Assembly: GCA_002633005.1 (NCBI GenBank)
Contig: NMRA01000319.1
Coordinates: forward strand, 351,546-415,545
Source of the DNA: Phoronis australis
Lineage: Eukaryota > Animalia > Phoronida
DNA length: 64,000 bases
Direction of reading: 5' to 3'
Shown here: piece after piece, positions 15,301 through 30,300 of the stretch
Layout: each line of letters starts with the position of its first letter
Numbering within the stretch: the first letter of the stretch is position 1
Notes under the pieces: generated by a model
Database searches by the model: none
What the model saw: the letters and a program-made list of their open reading frames with translations, nothing else
Told to the model about the DNA's origin: nothing
Position numbers and translations under genes: made by a program

Positions 15301-18300
15301 TGTCATCCAACCTGGGTAACCTATATGGACCACACATGACCTGTATGCTGTCTCTGGCACAGGCGCACATTATGATTGCAGTTGCCGAGACGATACCAGT
15401 GCTGCCGGAGATGATGGAAGCTGGGTACGTGATGGAATGTATTATGTACATTACATTGTGATCAGAATTAGTGAATCAGTTACATTGTTTTGTTTAAGCT
15501 ATTATCAACCTGCCGTCCATAAGAATTATCTTTCAAGTTCAACGACTAAACATTATAAAACTAGTCACAATTTGTTTGTAAGCTTGAGGAGAATTGTCAA
15601 ATGAGTTGATTATTGCTTGAGATGGATGAGTTGCCTTGTCACGGCAGGTTGTTACAAAACGTGAAATGTTCATGATAGGATCTCAAGGGTTACGGGGACT
15701 ATAAACCTGACATGATTTCAGTCAGTTTACTACCCATTCGGGCTGTGGGGCAATGGTAATTAGGCCTAGTCTGGCAATGGAACTTAACACCATCGGCTAA
15801 TGTGTATTTGAACGAAATTGCATATTACCTTCCAAATAAAGGCTTTGTGTTTACTCAGGAATTTTCACTGACCCGAAAATGAGGGGAGGTTTTTCGGGCC
15901 GGTCTATCACTACCAAAACGCGATATGTTATGTGCCAGTTGTGGTCTCAAACAGTAAGAAAGTAGCTGTCAAGTCTTTCCTAGTAAAGAAATCACATCTT
16001 TGAGAAAACAAATATGTTGAGTCCAGTTTTATAGCTGTAAGTGACCTAAATCAAAAAAGAGTTTTCATAGGATGCTAGGTTCATAGTTGCTTCAACCATT
16101 CAGGGAGCTGTAGTGAGGCGATTTGTGAGCAAGTGAGTCATGGTAATTTTAGGAACTAAACACGTCAACTGTTATAACTTAAACGTCGTCTTAGAACTGA
16201 ACATGGGTGTTTAAAAGTGAGCATGTAAACAATGAGGGTAAATTTGAGCATGTCTGTTAGTTGTCTTGGACGGTTATGGTAAATTGTTTCTTATTAGTCT
16301 TACTTATTCTTACGACTGTGCCAGACACTTAATTGTCTACACCTTGTGGCATTGTGACTTAAATCTTGATTCCATGTTCATTTCCTCTCAGTCCTCCGGT
16401 TACTATGGGAACTAAAAGGTGACGTATGGTTTAGTTGTTAGGTTAAGATTGTTCTCACCATTTTTTGCAATTATCAGCAGAATGTTTTTGTTTCTTTGTG
16501 TTATTTTCTATGGCAGAGTTTAGTTATTTGTAACACGATTTCATTGTGATGCACTTCACGATCTCGTGTTCATTTTGTTGAGTGGAATGTCGCACGCAGC
16601 TTGCTTGTAGGCAGAGAACTGGGGTCTGTCTCGTAAAAGTGACTTAAGTCAAGACTGAAATTTTGGTGTTACGCTCCCATTTTGCAATTGCTGAAAAAAA
16701 TTTTAGCCAATTTATTTTGAACACATAACAGTCTAGAAACTATTTATAGAAATCATCTCAATAAGTAGCAGTTATGTGTGTGTTTTTGGAGGCTTTGTTC
16801 TTCTGCTCAAGAGATATTCAATTATTTTTCTGAAGTAGTTATGTGGAGCTTTAGACCAAAATTTGTCGCACACTTTTCATGAAACAGACGCTTGATGACG
16901 TAGACTGAGTTCAGCAATCTGTAAGCCTTCATTCTCTATCGAGTGGATGTGCTTGAGTTCTGCATGACTTGAAAGCCAATTTTCACCATAACTATGTGAT
17001 GGGCATGCAAAAAAATTATTCTAGTAGGCTGTTATTTTTATGAATGCACATATTCTCCTTGGAGTCGTTTGTACTATGACAAAACTATCAATGAAAACAG
17101 TGTTAACTAATTATATCATTGAAATAGTACATTACATGCCAGCAACAGAGCTGGTTGAAGTTAAGTGACTATCAAAAAATCTGAAGAAATCTTACTTCTT
17201 GTTTCGTGGTCTGGTGGAAATGCCATTGGTTATTCCCATGCCTCTCTTGTCTGGGTTATGCACACACAGTTTTTGTCTTTTGCTGTTCCGTCCCCATGAA
17301 ATTATGCTGCTGATTTCAGTGTGACATGAAACTAATTTTGAAAAGATGGACATCCACAAAGTAGATAGAGCAAAAACTGCCACGATAATTTTCTGTGTTG
17401 CAAGATGGTAATCGCTATTCCTTTGGTTTCAATACAATGGAATGTTCTCCTTTTTACGTGCAGGTCAAATTCAAAATTTATTGAATCACTCTTCTTCTTT
17501 TGAGGAGACACTGTGGCTCAGTGGTTTGACCTCCGCACTCCTGTTTGGGAGACATGGGTTCAAATCCTGGCTTCACTGGCTGACAATCAAGCATTGCACA
17601 AAGATGTCTCCTACTCCTCTGAGCTCCGTCTTACTAGTGAATGTATGCGTGGGAGTGAATGAGAACCTGGATATAATGCGAAAGCGATTTCTGGGGCTGT
17701 CCCCATATAGAAAAGACTTCATACTGTTTTCATCCCATGATCCAGTAAATAACTTGCATATTGCTTATAGAAATGGCAGCTAGTGGACATTGTTGCTGTC
17801 TCCAATAGTTGTGTACTGCGCGTTAAATTGTGTTGTTTTCTCTTCCTTGCAGAGGTCGAGAGAGCCAGATTCGCCAACACACGATCAGCACCATGTCTAA
17901 ACACCTTCACCCAAAGCACAAACACTCCCTCACAATCAAGAGAGATGGTAATGTTATAAGGAAGTTAAAAAATTAAGTCTTCATTACAGTCTAGTATAAT
18001 ACTGCATTTGGTATGTGATACAGGTCGTAAACAGTTCACGTGGAAAGAATTCTTACTTTTGCAAGAAAATAGACAAGTGTATACTTTCTGTTTTTTGACT
18101 GCTGCCATTTTCAATCTAGTATTCCAGAACTTTTTAACGTAGAAAATATATCTGAAACTAAATAAGGCGATCCAGATCCTCCCAAGGATACTATTGTTTC
18201 AAGAAATGAAGAATATAAATCGGTAAATAAAACAACAAGAATGGATCAACTGAAATTTGAAATTTTCGGAGGTAACAACTTCCTTTATCAACAAAAACAG

Positions 18301-21300
18301 AACTTTTTAAAAAATGTATCTATTGAAAAAAGCCAAATTTAAAAAAGGACACCCAGTCACCTAGTCTTGCTGACTACTTTGAAAAATAGTTTCAAAGTAG
18401 ACCATCTCTTTTCTAAAAAAATCTAGAATTTGGGACATGGAAACTCTCACGAAAAAATTTATTTTCTTCATTCTGGAATTTGGGACGCCTCTTTTGGTGT
18501 TCATCATATTTCCCAAATTTTGGACAAACAATGTGTTTTCAATCTACAGAGTGGGCAATTTTGCCGTCTTTCATGTGATCCTTGAATTTTAAGGCGGCCG
18601 ATGTTGCCTATTTCTAGAATTTAGGACAAGCTCGGACCATGAGCAAAATGATTACTTGGGCATTTTTTCGAATTAGAGAATGTTTACCGTTCTGCTGCCA
18701 GACTTGCTCACGTAATAGCCCAATCACATTTCTTACCTTAAAATTGGAAGGATAGTAGTAATATGTGAATATTACCACAGTGGAAAACTGCGTTGAAAAT
18801 ATTGAATGAAGTTTTGATTTCTCTCTGTTTTCTATGAAAATAAAGTAAGAACAGGTCTTATGAGATTTGTCCAATATGTGATATCCAAGTGAACTTTTTT
18901 GCTAATGAGCAAAAATGTTTTCCTTGGTTAGGCTCCTGCGTGCTTAAGCACTCACTGATGGAGACGCCATGAGCAGGAATCAAATTTCTCCATCGTTTCC
19001 ACGAAGGAAGTAATCTTTCTAAAAGCTGTTTGTAAAAAAGGTTGATTCTACAGACATTTCATGCCTCCTAGTTAAGTTTGAAAAGTTTCCTCTGCTTATT
19101 TCAGAGATTTTTTATTGAATGGCTGTGCTTGTGACTAGATTGTAGTGAACTCTATGAGGGCCTGCAGCCATAGTGGTCACTGAGTGTTGAATGCGTTGAT
19201 TAGATCTTGGCTAAACTAGTGCGGGTTCATTAACTCTGTGGAGAAATATCTGCAAAGTTTACAAGAAAGGATTAGTATTATTATTATTTTTCCTCATGTG
19301 ACACTGTCTGTTTTCGGAATATCAAATGCTTTATTTCTGTGTTATTTCTGTATAACTTTTACATGTACATTCAGTTTTTCGTAATGTATATTTCAAAGAT
19401 ATTTCATCACCCAATCCAAGCAAGAAATTTCGCAGTGAGTAGTGAAACCAAATATCTTATGGTTAAACGATTCATAATTTTGTTTTTTTCAAATTTGCTC
19501 TCAGTTTTTGTTTACTTTTTCAGAGAGCAATGACACAAACCGAGAAATTTAAATTATTGGTTTCATTTAAAAGGCATTTTTATTCATGGTGAAGCAACCC
19601 AGTATTTTATTACTCTAAAATGTAACTGGTGAAGATAGTGACATCTATTTAAATTTATTGTTGCCACGGTGATAAAAATCTTGATCTTCCTGAAACCACT
19701 TTGAAATGGTGAGCTCGAACGATTATCTAAATCTCTTCTTGGTTATATTTAATCTCTTACTCAAAGTCAGCGACCGAAAATGGGTGTGGGTGTGGGTTAT
19801 TTGAAGCTTGGTTAACCATGGCTAGTGAGGTGCTTAAAGGTCCTAGCTCAGGGCTTGGAATTTTCCTCTTTTAAGAGGATTTCCTCTTTCTTGGTTTCGA
19901 TTTCCTCGTATTTGATTTCCAGTAACTATTTCCTTTTTTCATCTCTTTTTGTCATTTCGACTTTATTTATACAAAAACATTTATTTCTGAGAAATTTTAC
20001 AATGCAAACAATATTTTTATTACTTTAAACACAAGCCTGTTTATTTGTGGAATGATAACATCCACTGGAAAATTTTATTCTTTTTTGTCATACTTCATTC
20101 CAAGCTCTGATATCTATTTTAATTTTAGGCCACATTAGCGGCAAGAAGTGGAAAATAAAAATGACTCAAAATGTAACATGAAAACGACCTTTCGATATTA
20201 GGTGAATATCATTGTCAGGTACAATAGAAGAGACCGAAATAACATATTCTGTTACCATGTTGTTTTGTTATCATGTTTTGCTATCATGTTTTGTTATCGC
20301 GTTTTCTTGTCATGTTTTGTTCTATTCTGTCTGACTATTGTACCTGAGGATGGTATGCGCCATGATGCCCTCTAGCATCGTTTTTGTTTCCCATATCTAT
20401 TTTGGGTACTTAACGCTTGATCAGTGACCATATTTTCCATTTTGTTGTGACATTTACTTCACAGATGGCACTACGCCTGACGTTAATGAGGAGAGCGAGT
20501 CGGAGAGTGAAGGGTCACGTACAAGCAAGTGTTTCACTGGTCGCAAGGACAATAAGGTCGTGACGGAAGAGTTCATCAAGGGTACTCTGCTGAGGACGGC
20601 CGAGCAAATACTGACCACAGTCTCCGAGACACTGTTGGAGACGCCCAATGAAAATGGTGAGATGTTACAAGTGGGCGGTACTGAGATCTCGTGGTTGGGA
20701 GGAGTCTGTTTTTAAGAAATGAATGTGGCTATTTCAATATTATACAAATCAGCTGCAACTGGCATGTTACTTTCAATGATGCATGCTAATTGATCTGTCG
20801 ACGAGATTTTGAGTGATGGCTTAACTGACCAATCAGAAGACAGACATTCATTTCCATGCCGCCATTTTACCCAACAAACAACATGTTGGCGGGTAAAACG
20901 TATTGTTTGTTTGTCGACATTTGCAAGCAATGGGGCGGAACTTGTGATAGGTCAATTGAAACAAGTCATGTCATTATTAGCCATCACAGGCACATCAACA
21001 AGAAATCCATTGGTTTTAGCAAAAGTCCAATTTGTCCACATTTTCAGTTGTTTTTCTGTGGTCAGACAATGTGGATTACATGGAATGTCTCTTATTTTGA
21101 TTATGCTTTCAGGGAGCAGTCTCGTGTAGGAGTAGCAGGCAATGGTGTTTTTAGTTTGTGTAGTACTATCCAAAGTAAAGAGAATGTGTTCTCAACAGAG
21201 AAAATTGATATGAGATGTCATGTATTGACAGTTAAAGTTCTTGTATTCCGAATCTTTTTGTCATTTTGTTCTTCGTTTTTTATTCAAATCCAGCTTGCTG

Positions 21301-24300
21301 ACCTCATTAACTGTTATGCAACAGTTAGTGTGTGGTCTTGTAGACTCTGGTTGAATTTAAAATGATCACTTATGGGCACAGATCTGAATAGTTACAGTTT
21401 GGTTATTCAGCAAACCATATTTCTCAGACCATTAGTTTACAGCAGTTGCTAAGATTTTGTAAATTTATTCTATAATAATTGCCATAACGTTATTTTGTAG
21501 TTAAATTCAAGAGTAAGTATTGTACTGTGTGAAACCCCAGACACTCTAGGTAGCTCATATTTCAGGCACTGTCAACGACACACGTCACGTACCTAGTAAC
21601 TAATCTTCACTGCCGGTGTTCGACCTGTTGTCAGAATCCACACTAACTTTTTCTGGTTGCACTTCACTGAAATTCGGCAATCGCAATGCATTGCTTTAGC
21701 TTTGTTCAATTTCCCCTCGTGTTAATGCTACGGACTTGTTTCTGGAAGAATTTGTTCTCTGTCCGAGTCTTCCCCTGCCATATCCTGAAATAAAATTCCA
21801 CGGTACGTTATACTTTGCCAGTTGTACATGAGCAATGGACTGCCAACTCTCCGCAATATCAGGAAGGCTATTCTGAACTTTTTTGTGTGAAGCAGAACAT
21901 TTATCATATTACCATATTTACTCTTTAAGGCGTGGTTTATAATTGTCCTGTGTATCAGTGTTGCACAAAAGACTGCCAGAAATGCTGAACAGTAGAGCAA
22001 AACGATTTTGCGAGCATTTGAAAACTGCTCTGATCTTAAATCTACTCGCTAACTGGAAAACGTTTTGCATTGCTGTTACAAAGTTCCAGAACAACTCCTA
22101 GTAGCACTTGTTCTGGAACAGCTTGCGCCCAATTTCAGTGAATGTGAACAGGGTGTAATTCATGTGGTTTTTTGTATGACTAGGATTCATGGTATTGCAA
22201 GCACACATTACTAACTACAGCACTGAGTCTGATGTAAGTCACTGTGGATTTGAGCTCCCCTAACTCGACCAGAAATGGATGCTATGTCGTATAACTGTGC
22301 TTCATGGCTGACTAACTGCATGGACCAATGTGCACATTATGACAATTCAATACATTTTTTGATGGTCGGACATTTTTCTGAGTGAGAAACCATGGAACTA
22401 TCTGTTGTCCTTGTGCTTGCCTTCATCAGTAAACTTCTTTTTTCATTCAGACAAGTTAAATTTTTCTATTCCGTTAATATGTATTCTATTTTTGAGGATT
22501 TTTCTTGAAAATGCGCTATGCCAAATTCTTAAACTTTAATTTGTTAATTACAAATATTCCATAACCCCAATAACTGGTCTGTTAACTCTCTTTTGTTTGT
22601 CTCAATTTGGATCTGTTTAGGAAGGTTGCTAAAAAAGTGTTCAACTTGTATTGACTCCTGAGAGAGGCCCTATAGCCTGACTGATGTGCAGGAATCTTGC
22701 AGGTTTCCTCTTCCTTAAATGGCTCATATCGTAGTTCCATTCTCTTACATCAAAATTCTTCTTTTAGAGGGACCCGATAGTCTGCCGGCTTCCGAACTTG
22801 AGCTTGTTGTTATCAGTAAACTCGAACTGGCCAACATCGCTCGTCAGCGCCACCACGCGGCTATGGCTTCACGTATGGTATTCTCAGCCATGAAACTGCT
22901 GAAGTCTGCAAAGTTGTTTGAACCAAGCAAACCAAAGACAATGGCATCTGACAAACTTAGGTATGACCACTGCTTTGTGTTGTTGTTCACTCAGTATGCA
23001 TTTACAGAATCTGAAGTGATTTCAAACTAATGTTTTGTTTACAATTTAGCATTCTGGGCTTGAGGATAACTAGTCCCATAGTGGCTTAGAATTTTGCTGA
23101 CAGTCGTAAATCATCAGAGTCTGTACAAGGACCTTTTGAAATTGACATGCAAGGTCAGTGAAAGTAGTTTTTTGTGAATCCTGCATTTAGTCATACAACC
23201 ATCTCAGTTGGCCTGTATAAGTAAATTGCATAACGCGTTCTGGTTGTGATAGACCGACTGGAAAAACCTCACCTCATTTTCGTCAGTGGAAATTCCTGAG
23301 AAATCCACAAACCTTTGTTTTGCCAGTAACATTTGATTTCACGCCTATACACATTACCTGAGGGCGTTAAGTTCCATTGCCAGACCAGGGGTAATTACCA
23401 TGATGTTTATTGCTCCTATAGCAGCAATGGGTAATAAACTATTGAAATTGCTGATAAAAGCCTGTCAAGTTTAGAGTCCCTTTAACCCTGAGATTCTATC
23501 ATGAATATTTCATGTTGTGTGAGCTTAACAATGGGTTTATGGTCCTGGCTGAGAAGATAGGTGTTTTGAATTACCCAACCTCAATGGCGCATTAAAGGTG
23601 CATGTATAGACACGTCTTCTTGTCACTCACCATAAAAAACTTGTCTCAATTTCTTACTTACTCATTAGAAGTGATTTGGGCTTGGAAAATGGAAAAAAAC
23701 AAACTGATTGGTGTTGCTTGGCAACATGCTCTGGCAATTAAATGACCAGCCAGGTGAAGTCAAGTAGTTGACTTTGGTCTCAAACAACAAAGATTTTTAG
23801 GCCTGGAAATCATTTCTAATCACAGCTGGAGCAAGTTGAGACGAGTTTTGTTATTGAATACCATAAATAAATGAAACTAAATCAAAAGCAAGTTTTTGTG
23901 CAAAATCTTCGCAGGGCGTCTTCAATGAAGACTGGAGTCACAAAGAGCAGTGTGAGTCCAAGCGTCCGACTGACGGAGCCTGCCAATAGCCATTATCAGT
24001 ACCAGAACTTTCAGAGCCGCTCACGCTTGGACGCCAGACTCTGGCTAGACTGTCGCTATGCGCTCGTCAAGGCCATGATGCTGCAGATGAGAGGAATGGG
24101 CCACATAAAGGGTAGGTAATGGCGCTTGCTGCAGGTCATGTGACATCATCTGTGTTGAAGCAGGTGTAAGTAGATAGGTGGCGCCACTGTGGTATTTATA
24201 CTAGTTTGTACTGCCAGAGAAGTCATACCTGCTTTCGATTGGTTGATTTAGATGATTAGTGCATGTGTGATGTGTTGAAATGTTTTTAGAAATCTGCATT

Positions 24301-27300
24301 GTTGATACATTACTCTCGTGGCACAAATGTCGATGTACGTTTCAAGTGTAGTGAGACATGCCACACAATGTTCACAGCAACGTTCAGTTTGAAGTCCCAA
24401 CTCTCAGTTGAGAATGCAATGTTTGATACTAACACTCATTTTTCAGAATTTCTAATTTACATGTGACTTTAATTTACCATCACGGTGTTGTCTGTCTTTT
24501 ATACTTTTCAGGGAGTTCAGAATGCTAATGATTAATTATTAAATGTTGAGTTTTGCCTCATTATGAGCAAGCAATTGGCACCAATGAACTAGAGATACTG
24601 AGATACATCAGGATGTAACAACATTCATTTTCTTTACGTTACGCGTAATTTTATTATAATTTTCTTTCTTAATGCCAATTATGTATTAGCGTTAATGCAT
24701 CTGCTTACGATAGTATTGCAATAAATTGCTGGACTGGTAAATGTTCAATGTTATTTGCTCCCTCAGGTGACATATCCAAGGTCATTGTTGAGATGGCTGA
24801 TTGCCATCAGTACATCGGTGAGGGCGTCCTTGAGGCGGACACCTGCGGCGACGCTGAGATGCAGGCGGAGTTCATGTTCCAGGGCGCCATGTTGAACATC
24901 ATGGAAGGGCTCCCCCTGGAGGAGACCATCGACATATTGCAGGTTGGTTTTCGTTAAATGTTGGACCAAGTTTGAACTGTCCATGCACTATGTTTTATTG
25001 TACATAATTTAGGCTGAACGTGACTTGCGATAAAATCTCATAAATTTTGTACAAAAATAATGGCTGAAATTTGACCTTTTTCATTTTTCAGAGGCTTCTA
25101 ATATTGTCATGAATGCCCATAAATTTTCAAATTATTGTCTGTTGTTAGCTGTGGTATAGAACTTGTACATGGTAAAGCATTAAGTTGGAGATATGGAGCT
25201 TTTATGAACAGAATGAAAAAAATAAAAATTCAACTGTCTGTCATAGTGTATTTTAAATTAGTGAGATTTTAACATAGGCTTCTTACCACACTATAATGTT
25301 AACTTTATCATTCGTAACTTTGGCTTCTAACCACGCAACATGTTTTATATTATGTTACATTGTGAAATTTGATGCAATGTGAACTGTTATAAAAGTCTGT
25401 CTTATTGTTTTTACGTTTTCAAAGGGACACAATGAAGGTTATGAAAGCAGATTGTCAGATCGCTGGCGATGGCAACAAATTGAGAATCTGAAGTCTCACA
25501 GCCAATTTTGCGCCCCGCCCGACTGTGACAGGTTGATAGGTTGGCATTGAAGAAATGATGTGAAAGTTACAGACCTCCTTTTTCAGTAACTGTCCACTTG
25601 CTTGAGCTGTTGTTATGCCACAATATCTTTTTAATTACATTTTGTATGAATTCAACCTGACTTTGTCTTCCTGGTTTCTCTGTCCACAGGAAGTATGTCG
25701 TCTGCTAGACAGTGTCAGATGTCTCTCAAGTCCAGGTCGTCTGCTACGCACAATGACTAAGATACAACTGGTTGACATGATGGCTGCCTCGACCACAAAG
25801 TCAAAGAACACCACTGCCATGTCACTGCCCAAATACATAGAGTGTCAGAAACAATTGTTGGACCAGGTAATTAGACAGGCTGAGAAGAGAAACTGCTGTT
25901 TGTATTGATGTTGAGCTCGTTTCATGAAAAATGACTTAGACTTAAGTCAGAAATTTGGTCTTCCGCTCCACACAACCATTTCTGAAAAATAATTAAATCT
26001 CACCTAGTAAGGAAAGTGCATAGTCTCTGAGAATTTTAATTAAATCAGTTTTTGGCCAGAATAAGATTAAAAACCAGACGATCGCCCTCTGAGAATATGT
26101 CTTTGACTGGCAGTTACCGAGATGCGCTCATGATTTATTGCTAAACTGCACTGTTTGAATTCATAAAGTGACCGTTGTGTCATAAGAATCATAGACAAGA
26201 GATTCACAACGGTGTTGTTTTCATTTGAAATTTCCAGAGGAGGCGACTATCTCTTCCAATGCACATCTCAGCTTCTGGTCAGTGAGCAGACTACGTAATT
26301 TGCCAGAAGCAAACGCACCATTACACAAGTCGCTGCTACTGAATAGTGACGTCTTAGTCAATAGTGTTTATCGTGGATTGTGAGCAAGAGCACAAATTTT
26401 ATGCATTAGTGTGAATGTAAATAGTTGACATTCTATGAGTTCTGAGTGCAACCAAAGTACAAATTTTAATATCCAAGCATGACCTCAAGGTGGCATGTCA
26501 AACAATTCACCTACAACAGGATGCTAACAATTACAATTTATTTTTCAGGTTCAAGATCTTGGTGACAAGATCGTGCACTACTATCCTGAAGGCGAGCTAC
26601 CAGAGTACTCAGGTATCTCCTGCCCCATGTCTAACCTGTACATACCACATGTGTTGACACTCACCCAACTCAAGCTGAGGATCGGCCACGCCATGGCGAG
26701 GAATGCGGCCAAGCTGATCAAGGATAAGTAAGTACTATTCAGAGCTGTTCGATTGTGATTGAACAGACAACTGCTAGTAAAAATCCTTCGGTTTTCACAC
26801 GATGTAGTGGACAAGTGAAACTTCAAAACTGTCAAATTTCTCAACAAAAATAACTTTTCAGGAAAATTTACTTTGCTTTTTAGTTTGGTGTGTATGGCAA
26901 AGATATTACCAAACAACGTTTGGTAAATCTTGAGCATTAGCAGCAAGGTGGAAAGTCTCTGTAATATAGAAATAATAAAATGGCAGTTTTAGCAATGTTA
27001 TTTTTGAACCAAATTGAAGAATTTTAACCATAATTTCTTATTATGGAAAACTAGTAGCTATCAAATACTTTCACTGGAATACACAAAATTGATGATTGTT
27101 TTGTAATTCAATATGCTCTTTGATCCAGCGACTGTAATCATTCCAGTTGAATATGCGCCCAAGTTCCACTGTAGTTTTGCTCAGAACGATTAAAAGAAAT
27201 TTTGTTTCCAGTTATAGTGAAGTTTGTTGAACAAGAAAGCACATATTTGTTGTCTTTCATACAGTTATCTAATCTAAATGTTGGTTTTACATTTAATGGC

Positions 27301-30300
27301 ATTACTTGATGGGAGCTCACTCTGGCGAGACCACCAAGTCCTTGCAGGGATAGCAATAGGCATTGTAGCTTTCACTCGCAAGTGCCCCTGAGCTAGGTAA
27401 CATTATGAAGCAATCTCATCATGAAAGACCATTCTGAGTAGCCAGATCACCTTCTTGGAACTGTCGAGGCTCCTGTGTCTTTGTTCACTGGGCTATATGT
27501 CATGCCCGTACATTTTTTTCATTATTCGTAGTTTGATAGTGTTAAGATAGGAGTGGTCTGGAAGTGTTATGTTTTCATCTTTTTGCCATTTTGATTGACT
27601 AGCATACTCAAAGCAGTGATGATAGCGTGTCCATTTTGTAGTCCTCGAAGTCCCTAAGATTGTATCCTGTCCCTTTTGCCTTACGTGATACAATTATATG
27701 TAAACCAAGAAGGATTGTGGTATCGTAATGCTGTCTTAAATGGCACTCAACTGTGTTACAGAAGTGAGGATGACATGGTGTCCCTGTGGTCATCAGCTCT
27801 TGGTGTGCTTACGACCGCCCTGGAGATGAGTCGCACCATTACCATGAGATATGCCAACTTTGAGGCAGAGATACTCTTCAATATAGGTGCGTATATTGAT
27901 AAGGTCAAATAGAAGCATGGTGGGTGTCAGTATTGGTGCCGTGGCCCGGATTTTGTTATTGTTTACTGTTAAGCCAAAAATGCATTGTGGTTTGGGCTCA
28001 GCTACTAAGAAAAAACTCAGATTTAATCTATCTCGTATGCATAACTGTATTCATTGTTTAAAGCTTCCCACCGTTTGACTAAAGATCAACACTCACCACC
28101 AGTTGTTGCAGAAGCTTCAAAAGGTTGGCAGTGGTCAACAAAACAGTGGTTCTCAAGTAAATCCCGGACAGATTTATAATTTTTCTATATTTTATTTTGC
28201 CACTGGATGAATGATTATCACTATCAACATGTTGAAGAAAGTTCAGTTCGTTTTTCTGCGTTTTTGTTGCCTTCACTGTTGTGACTCGAAGCCACAAAGA
28301 CCAAAGTTTATCGAGATGCCCAAGGGCAATGTTGCTTTGTTTAAATTTTGTTCCATTCAAGTCATTGTTTGTCTCATTTTATTCAAGGCAAAGTACAGAG
28401 ACAGCTGTTCCTGTTGGGCAAATTCTCCCCTCGTGCAGTCGCCGACACCCTGCTGGAGGCCATTCACATCAGTTACCATTCTGATCATGACTTGGGGTAA
28501 GTAATCGGATAATCACTGAATATTTAAGCAGTGTTGTTGTATGGTAGGAGCAGGCTCCTAGAGTTGTAAACTATTTAAAGGAGAAAGCCAACGTTTTTCG
28601 TATACCTGGTGACAGGCTGTAGTTTATCTTGGTTTCGTACTGCTCATTTGCTCTGGATGTCTCTTGGATGTGTATAGTGTCGTCTAACTGGCTGTCTATT
28701 TATCAAGTTGAGTTTTACTGTCACTGTGATATGTTTCATTGACTTTTGAAATTGTACAGGACTTGTGATACCAAAGAAGACAATAGGCTGTTGATTAGGT
28801 AGCTGTCTCTGTTCCTATACTCCAGGAGTTGTCTCCCATGGTTGTCTGTAAACTGCATTCCGACTTTCCTATTTCAGTCTCATCCGGCAAGCGTATCTGG
28901 AACTGGCGTTGCTGTACGTTGTCAGCAGTGGTATTTCTTCCACACGAGAGGGGTCGTTGTTCTTTGAATCTGGTGGTGAAAGCGGTGACGAACTGACCGA
29001 AGAGAAGACGGAGGACGCCACTATTGAAGACAAGGGCGGAGAAGAGAGGGAGACACCTAGTGTTGTCAGCCGTAGTGACTCGCCGAAGAAGAAGAAGAAG
29101 AAAAGCACCAAGAAATGGATGGTAAGTTAGATACAATGTTATGATCATGTAAAAAACCCGTCTAAATATCCATGTGTTTTCAATTGGTATGTTTCAATTC
29201 GGGAGTAATCTGGACAAAATCTTGACTGGTGTTTCTCCTCGCACTTAAATTATGACAACTTAACAAATAAACAATTAGCGACTAGGTGTGAAGTTGCATT
29301 AAATTCTGACTAAAATTTGATAGAAATGACATTTGATTGAGACAAAAGTTTGATTAAACTGCCCATTAATTTTGGGAAGAAGTCTGTCCAAGTTTAGAAC
29401 TTTAATCGAGTCGTGAAAAAATCATGTGATGAATGTAAAACCAAACACAGGTAAATATGGTCACAAAAAATGATAGTTTTTACTCTGGGTGTGGTCTTAA
29501 ACCAAAGAAATGTGACAAAACAAAACTTGTGTTTGTCTTGTAAAAGTCGCTTAATACCATTACAATACGATGTTCATTGTGCAAAAAAACTTACGTGAAG
29601 GAGCTGATCTAACCATGACGACAGTTTGTACGGCTTTTGAATGAATTAATTGTTAATTTTATGTTTGCGTATGTTACCAACAGAGCAAGAAAGAAAAAGA
29701 AGAGAACCTTAGGCGGTCGCTGGAGGTCAGTGAGGCAGACAAGGAGCGTCGCGCTGCCTGGGTGGCCATACGATGCGCTGCATTCACTGGTCAGGCCCAG
29801 AGGTCACGTGCACTATTAACGGGTGACGTGAGTGTCACGTCAAAACCGGTCATCAGCGAGGCAGTTGCTAAAACTCCAGAATTTGCAGTACTTGACTTGC
29901 TTGCGCACTATTGCCTGGGCGAGAAACGGAAGGTCTACAAAGGTAAGACAGTGATTTACGTAGCTTTTTGTTGGTAGTGGTATTATCGCGTATTCTAATT
30001 TATAACTAATTGCTAACAGGGCATTGAAACTGCTCCATTGCCATACCTCTTAATTCCACCTAAGGACCATGGACGTGGGGTTGGAGTTTAGTCCGACTGG
30101 GTATGGAGTTCTTTAATTGGGTTTGGAGTATTTTTGGCATGCGTGCAAAGTTTAGGGGCGCAGGTACGGAATTTGTATTGTGTGTTTGGTGTTAGGTGGT
30201 CCAGGACTTGGGTTTTGGACATGGTCAAAGGAAGTCAGAGGCACGGTTACAGAATGTTGCCAGCCCTTGGCTAAGTGTTTTGCAAGTAAATACTTGATAT

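Noticed and set aside
17507-17575. tRNA gene
   Set aside because: A and B boxes are present but the acceptor stem does not pair; treated as a SINE head.
18932-19009. Extra CFAP54 exon (ttag|gctcc..gaa|gtaatc)
   Set aside because: Stops in all three frames and not needed for phase continuity.
20856-21365. 169-aa intronic ORF
   Set aside because: No coding-like composition or recognisable motif; likely chance or repeat-derived.
26581-29148. Minus-strand ORFs over CFAP54 exons (e.g. 26581-26946, 28795-29148)
   Set aside because: Antisense shadows of GC-richer coding exons.
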